Assembly (NCBI GenBank): GCA_041641295.1
Contig: JBEPYO010000001.1
Location: 1,312,001 to 1,376,000 of the forward strand
DNA: 64,000 bases
Direction: 5' to 3'
From: Nitrososphaerota archaeon
GTDB lineage: Archaea; Thermoproteota; Nitrososphaeria_A; Caldarchaeales; Calditenuaceae
Positions 59,421-64,000 of this stretch are shown piece after piece. The position numbers and the translations under genes are program-made. Each line of letters begins with the position of its first letter. Position 1 is the stretch's first letter. The notes beneath the pieces are model-generated. The model saw only the letters and a list, made by a program, of their open reading frames with translations, did no database searches and was not told the origin of the DNA.

Positions 59421-59582
59421 CTACCTCTTCAGCTCCCTCTTCTTCCACCTAAGGTTCCTACTCCTACACTTCCTACACTTCTCCGCGTCCGGCGAGTTCT
59501 TAGCTCCACACTTCCTACAAATCTTGTAGTGTAGTCTCCTCCTCTGAGCCAGCTGAATCAGAAACGTGTCGGTTAGGACCAA
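59421..59582 (-). CDS. rpl40e: 50S ribosomal protein L40e (absent from ORF track, 53 aa)
   Basis: Manual translation from TTG: MVLTDTFLIQLAQRRRLHYKICRKCGAKNSPDAEKCRKCRSRNLRWKKRELKR. Confidence 0.93.
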   Translation of the reverse strand: MVLTDTFLIQLAQRRRLHYKICRKCGAKNSPDAEKCRKCRSRNLRWKKRELKR

Positions 59583-59636
59583 TTCTAATGCCTAAGACCT
59601 ATGGGTCTACTTATAAACCTCGCACTGCCCTGAGTG

Positions 59637-61025
59637 CTACTTCAGGAAGGGGAGGTCCTTGACCCACGGATACTCGGATAGGAGGCGCTCTATCGACCTC
59701 TTCACTGCTTCCTCAGGATACTCCCAAGGCTGGAGCTTACCCTCGAAGAACTCCTGATATGCCTGGAGGTCGAAGTGCCCATGGCCGCATAAGTTGAAAA
59801 GTATGACCTTCTCCTCACCGGTTCTCTTACATCTTAGCGCCTCATCTATCACGTATTTTATTGTGTGGCTTGGCTCAGGTGCGGGTATGATTCCCTCAGT
59901 CCGCGCAAAGATTGTGGCCGCTTCGAAGACCTCCACCTGATTGTAGGCCCTAGGCTCGATGTAGCCCTCCTTCAGGAGCAGACAGAGGGTTGGGGCGTCT
60001 CCGTGGTATCTGAGGCCGCCTGCGTGAATGGGTGGGGGTATGAAGTCGGAGCCCAAAGTATACATGGGGAGCATTGGGGTCAGCCTTGCCGTGTCTCCGA
60101 AATCGTAGGTGTAGACGCCCTTAGTCATGGTGGGGCAGGCGGTGGGCTCGGTACCGACGAATTTAACCTCTTTCGGCGCCTTCTTGGAGACCTTGTCGTA
60201 GTAGAAGGGCCAGAAGAGGCCTGAAAAACTGCTACCACCGCCTACACAGCCGGCCACGATGTCGGGATACTCGTCCAGCAGTTCTAGCTGTTTCTTGGCC
60301 TCCAAGCCTTGGACTGTCTGATGCATCAGAACATGATTCGCCACACTACCTATGCTATACTTTACATTGTCGTGGTTCAGGGCATCCTCTATCGCCTCGC
60401 TAATCGCTATCCCAAGACTACCTGGATTGTCTGGATCAGACTGCAGTATCCGCCTCCCGAACTCGGTCCTATCGCTCGGACTAGGCAGTATCTCAGCCCC
60501 CCACGCCTGCATCAATATCCTGCGATATGGCTTCTGATCATAGCTCGCTCTAACCATGTATACGGTGGCCTTAAGCCCGAAGAGCATGCTGGCGAAGGCT
60601 AGTGCGCTTCCCCACTGACCGGCACCAGTCTCCGTAGTCACCCTCTCCACACCCTCCTTCATGTAGTAGTAGGCCTGGGCCACAGCCGTGTTGGGCTTGT
60701 GGGAGCCTGGCGGTGAGACGCCCTCGTACTTGTAGTAAATCCGGGCCGGGGTCTTCAATGCTCTCTCGAGTCTGACTGCGCGGATGAGTGGTGTGGGCCT
60801 CCAAAGCCTGTAAGCCTCTCTCACCTCTTCTGGAATCTTGATCCATCTCTCAGTGCTCATCTCTTGGTTTAACTGCTCCTTCGTGAAGAGTCTCGGCAGT
60901 ATCCCTGGGCCTGGAGACCTTGTGGCTGGGTCGATGGGCGGCGGTAGGGGTTTGGGAAGGTCGGGCAGAATATTATACCACTCGGTAGGCAGGTCATCAT
61001 CACCTAGCACTACTTTGCGCGGCAT
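59637..61025 (-). CDS. trpB2: Tryptophan synthase beta chain, TrpB2 type
   Basis: [32 protein letters not shown]. Confidence 0.95.
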   Translation of the reverse strand: MPRKVVLGDDDLPTEWYNILPDLPKPLPPPIDPATRSPGPGILPRLFTKEQLNQEMSTERWIKIPEEVREAYRLWRPTPLIRAVRLERALKTPARIYYKYEGVSPPGSHKPNTAVAQAYYYMKEGVERVTTETGAGQWGSALAFASMLFGLKATVYMVRASYDQKPYRRILMQAWGAEILPSPSDRTEFGRRILQSDPDNPGSLGIAISEAIEDALNHDNVKYSIGSVANHVLMHQTVQGLEAKKQLELLDEYPDIVAGCVGGGSSFSGLFWPFYYDKVSKKAPKEVKFVGTEPTACPTMTKGVYTYDFGDTARLTPMLPMYTLGSDFIPPPIHAGGLRYHGDAPTLCLLLKEGYIEPRAYNQVEVFEAATIFARTEGIIPAPEPSHTIKYVIDEALRCKRTGEEKVILFNLCGHGHFDLQAYQEFFEGKLQPWEYPEEAVKRSIERLLSEYPWVKDLPFLK

Positions 61026-61113
61026 TGGGACTTCACTTGGATTTGCACCTTATAACCTTTATTTCTGCGGGCCAGTGATGAAAAATCTTTAATCCCCGAG
61101 CCAGGGTTGGCTA

Positions 61114-61542
61114 GTGGTCTTGAGACTGTTTAGAAGACGGAGACCCCAGCTGCCAACGATAAGTCTGGAAGAGGCTCTGAAGATGATACCCGTGAAAAAC
61201 CCCAACACCGAGTCCACCACCACAGCCTCGGGCGAGTTAAGTATCAGGCTTAGGATGCCTCGCCCCCGTGGGGTTCTTCAGCGCCTCCTACCAGTCCCCG
61301 AGTTCCGCACCTTCATACTCGACAAGGTGGGTGGGTTTGTCTGGGAGAACATAGATGGGGAAAGGAGTGTGAGAGAGATTGCGGATTTACTTGTGAAGAG
61401 TTTTAAGATGACGCGGGAGGAAGCGGAGGTAAGCCTACTTCGGTATCTTCAAATGCTGTCAACCCGCGGCCTCATCTACTTGAGGGTGGGGATGGATAAA
61501 GAGGGAGGCCAACGCTTAAATCAGCGCGGCTCAACGTATTAA
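61114..61542 (+). CDS. PqqD/RRE-family protein
   Basis: LD.VG.FVW..IDG.RSV..I...L....EAE.SL..YL..L..RGLI. Confidence 0.8.
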   Translation: MVLRLFRRRRPQLPTISLEEALKMIPVKNPNTESTTTASGELSIRLRMPRPRGVLQRLLPVPEFRTFILDKVGGFVWENIDGERSVREIADLLVKSFKMTREEAEVSLLRYLQMLSTRGLIYLRVGMDKEGGQRLNQRGSTY

Positions 61543-61545
61543 CCG

Positions 61546-62142
61546 ATGGCTAAAGAGCGGACATTTGGCCGAGTGTCCTTCCCGGCAAGCGAGCTACTGA
61601 AGCTCGTCTTCCTAAACATAAGGAAGAGGTTTAGCCGCTCACTACTGACAATGCTCTCAGTCCTGCTGGCTATAGCGTTTATGACTGTAATACTCACGCT
61701 TGGGGCCGTAAACCGTGCAACTGCGGGGACAGAGTTCGCCGCGTATCAGTTCTGGCTCATTTTCGTAGCGCTTCTGGTGGCGGGTCTAGGCGTATTCAAC
61801 TCACTGCTAATCTCGGTCGCTGAGCGTTATAGAGAGATTGCTACAATCAAGACGCTTGGGGCAGCAGATAGGCACGTGCTACTCCTCTACCTTATCGAGT
61901 CTCTCGTAATAGGAGTGATTGGTGGGGGGCTCGGAGTCTTAATAGGGCTCGGAATCGGTGTGGGGCTCCTCGCAGCCTATGGTAGAGCTGCAGATATCGG
62001 ACTAGTTGCACCAGCCGAGTATCTCTACATAATGGGGCAGGGACTGCTCTACGCGGCCATACTCTCACTCTTCGCCACGGCTTACCCCTCCTACCACGCC
62101 TCAAAAATGAGCCCCGCGGAGGCCTTCCGCGTCGAGGTATGA
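61546..62142 (+). CDS. Minimal FtsX-like ABC permease (no extracellular domain)
   Basis: RSLLT, ERYREIATIKTLGA, YP...A.KM.P.EA.R.E. Confidence 0.82.
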   Translation: MAKERTFGRVSFPASELLKLVFLNIRKRFSRSLLTMLSVLLAIAFMTVILTLGAVNRATAGTEFAAYQFWLIFVALLVAGLGVFNSLLISVAERYREIATIKTLGAADRHVLLLYLIESLVIGVIGGGLGVLIGLGIGVGLLAAYGRAADIGLVAPAEYLYIMGQGLLYAAILSLFATAYPSYHASKMSPAEAFRVEV

Positions 62143-62972
62143 GGCTTTCAATTGAGCGGTTAATATTCATACGGCGCCCAGTCGTAGAATTCCTTGAGTG
62201 CGCCAAGTCACTCGGCTTTGAGGGAGTCGAGTTCGCCGAGTTCGAGCTCCAAAGGCTCGCAAAGGAGGGTAGCTTCGACCACTCAAGACTATTCCAAGCA
62301 GTTAAGAGCCAAGGCCTGACAGTCTCAGGCATCTACTGGTCGGCAGACTTCCACAAGAGCGAGGAACGCTCCAACATACTATCCCAGGCGTCGAAGCTGG
62401 CTGAGACCTACAGAAGAATAGGCTGCGAGAATGTAGTGATAGGGCCGCCCCGCGGAGGGCTAAGCGCCGGGCTCACACAGGACCAAGTCCTCCAGCTATT
62501 AGATCAGCTTGTAAAAACGCTAGCAGAAGCTCTAAAAGTATTCATTGACAACGGGATCAAACCCTCTCTCCATAACCACTACGATACCCTCGTCGAGACG
62601 CAGACAGAGCTGGAATATGTCTTATCACGCATCGAGCCAGAGCTTCTCGGATTCTGCCCCGACACGGCCCACCTGGCTCTAGCGGGAATGGACCCGGCCA
62701 AAGTGATAGAGAGATATCTGGACCGGATTACGTATGCTCATTTAAAGGACCTCAAACCCGTTCCCAAGAGTGTTGGGCGTGTAGAAAAGTGGTATGAGCT
62801 TACAACGGAGCTTGGCAGCGGCATCATAGACTTTCCGAGAATAATCTCACTGCTTAAGTCCTCGGGCCGTGTCGAGTGGCTAGTAGTGGAACAGGATTTC
62901 TCGGAGAAAGACCCGGTGGATAGTGCGCGGGAAAGCCGAGACTATATCACCTCTCTAATTAAGAGTGTTTGA
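62139..62972 (+). CDS. Sugar phosphate isomerase/epimerase, IolE-like TIM barrel
   Basis: HNH, DTAH, HLKD, ELG.G.IDF, VEQD. Confidence 0.82.
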   Translation: MRLSIERLIFIRRPVVEFLECAKSLGFEGVEFAEFELQRLAKEGSFDHSRLFQAVKSQGLTVSGIYWSADFHKSEERSNILSQASKLAETYRRIGCENVVIGPPRGGLSAGLTQDQVLQLLDQLVKTLAEALKVFIDNGIKPSLHNHYDTLVETQTELEYVLSRIEPELLGFCPDTAHLALAGMDPAKVIERYLDRITYAHLKDLKPVPKSVGRVEKWYELTTELGSGIIDFPRIISLLKSSGRVEWLVVEQDFSEKDPVDSARESRDYITSLIKSV

Positions 62973-63012
62973 CCCTCAGAGGCCTTTTATCTAACCGCGC
63001 GGACTTATCTAC

Positions 63013-63987
63013 GTGCCTAGCCCACGTTTTAGATTCGGTGTATCCTTTCCCAACTTCTCTCTTGACGCTGCAGCGAAAATTGCACGAGAGGTTGAGAGGG
63101 CAAGACTCGACAGTGTGTGGGTTAATGACGATTTGGTCGGCGTCTTTCAGAAGGAAACGCAAGACGCTATACTTTGTATGGCCGAGATGGCTAGGGCGAC
63201 GCGCAGGGTGAGGGTTGGGAGCGCTGTCTTAGCTACCTATAGAAGACACCCCGTCAACACTGCCCTGTCTATTATATCGCTGGACCACCTCTCAGGGGGC
63301 AGACTGATAGCCGGAGTTGGTAGCTGCTGCCCCAGCCCCGAATGGGGCTTCCCCGCCAAAGAAGATGTGGCCGAGAGATTCTTAGAGTTCATAACAGTTC
63401 TAAAAAAGGTCTTGAGCGGGGGGAGTGTAGAGTTTCAGGGGAAGTACTTTAACATAAAGACTACTGGCTTCGAGGCCAAACCCAAGCAGAGGCCCCACCC
63501 ACCCATATGGGCCGCGGCGAACATAGACAGGGTGATTAGGGGGATTGCGGGTGTTGCGGATGGCTGGCTGCCAATATGCGTCTCACCCCAGATATACTCC
63601 TCGGAGCTGGAGGCTCTTTACGAGGCTGCAGAGAAGGCCGGCAGGAAGCCGCGGGAGATTGAGGCCGGCTGCATGATCTTCACAGTAGTAGAGAAGAAGA
63701 GGGATTCAGCCCTCACGAAGGCTATGCCACTCCTCGCACAGACCGTCCTCTGGTTCAACGCGGCTAGGATTAAGAAGATGGGCTTCAAGGCCGTAACCTC
63801 CGTGAGCGATGTAACCCCTGAAATGGTGTCGGCGCTTAACATTGTAGGGAGCATAGAGGACGCGGCTCAGCGAATAGGAGAGTATCTTGATGCAGGTGCC
63901 AAGCATCTGGTATTACAGCCCCTTCCCCTCAAGGAGATCAGAGTCGCGATTCCCCGCATAGTGGAGGCTATACGGCAGGCTACATAG
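63013..63987 (+). CDS. LLM-class (luciferase-like, possibly F420-dependent) oxidoreductase
   Basis: DSVWVND, LDHLSGGR, P.Q.PHPPIW, ADGW. Confidence 0.88.
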   Translation: MPSPRFRFGVSFPNFSLDAAAKIAREVERARLDSVWVNDDLVGVFQKETQDAILCMAEMARATRRVRVGSAVLATYRRHPVNTALSIISLDHLSGGRLIAGVGSCCPSPEWGFPAKEDVAERFLEFITVLKKVLSGGSVEFQGKYFNIKTTGFEAKPKQRPHPPIWAAANIDRVIRGIAGVADGWLPICVSPQIYSSELEALYEAAEKAGRKPREIEAGCMIFTVVEKKRDSALTKAMPLLAQTVLWFNAARIKKMGFKAVTSVSDVTPEMVSALNIVGSIEDAAQRIGEYLDAGAKHLVLQPLPLKEIRVAIPRIVEAIRQAT

Positions 63988-64000
63988 CCTAGCGGAGCTG

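Noticed and set aside
75-63906. Numerous short antisense or nested ORFs in the track
   Set aside because: They shadow well-supported genes and carry no motifs.

Overview
Archaeal chromosomal window, probably from a thermophilic Thermoproteota (TACK) lineage. Caldarchaeales/Aigarchaeota is my inference from gene content: eS1, eS17, eL15, eL40, Pcc1, NAC, Nre, split MetE, A-ATPase F-E-A, Wtp-type transporter and RING proteins. It is mostly housekeeping genes plus several ABC transporters, a four-subunit xanthine-dehydrogenase-family molybdoenzyme cluster and two tRNAs (Ala-TGC, Ile2-CAT). The best candidate for a new system is an AT-richer islet between rps13 and psmB. It encodes a compact IS110/Nop5/Tas-like protein (RuvC-like, coiled coil, Nop-like domain without the IS110 serine loop). 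The gene's 3' end overlaps a ~160-nt strand-specific rod-like RNA hairpin with CCA-(guide)-UG motifs on both sides of an internal loop. Other observations: an unannotated dual-guide box C/D sRNA predicted to target the 23S P-loop (G2251) and the PTC region, a degenerate stand-alone LAGLIDADG protein, two C4HC3 RING proteins bracketing two coiled-coil genes, an HTH/ATP-cone/NrdD-like fusion, an asymmetric ABC ATPase pair, and an rpl40e gene missed by the ORF track. All calls come from reading motifs by eye; no searches or folding programs were run.
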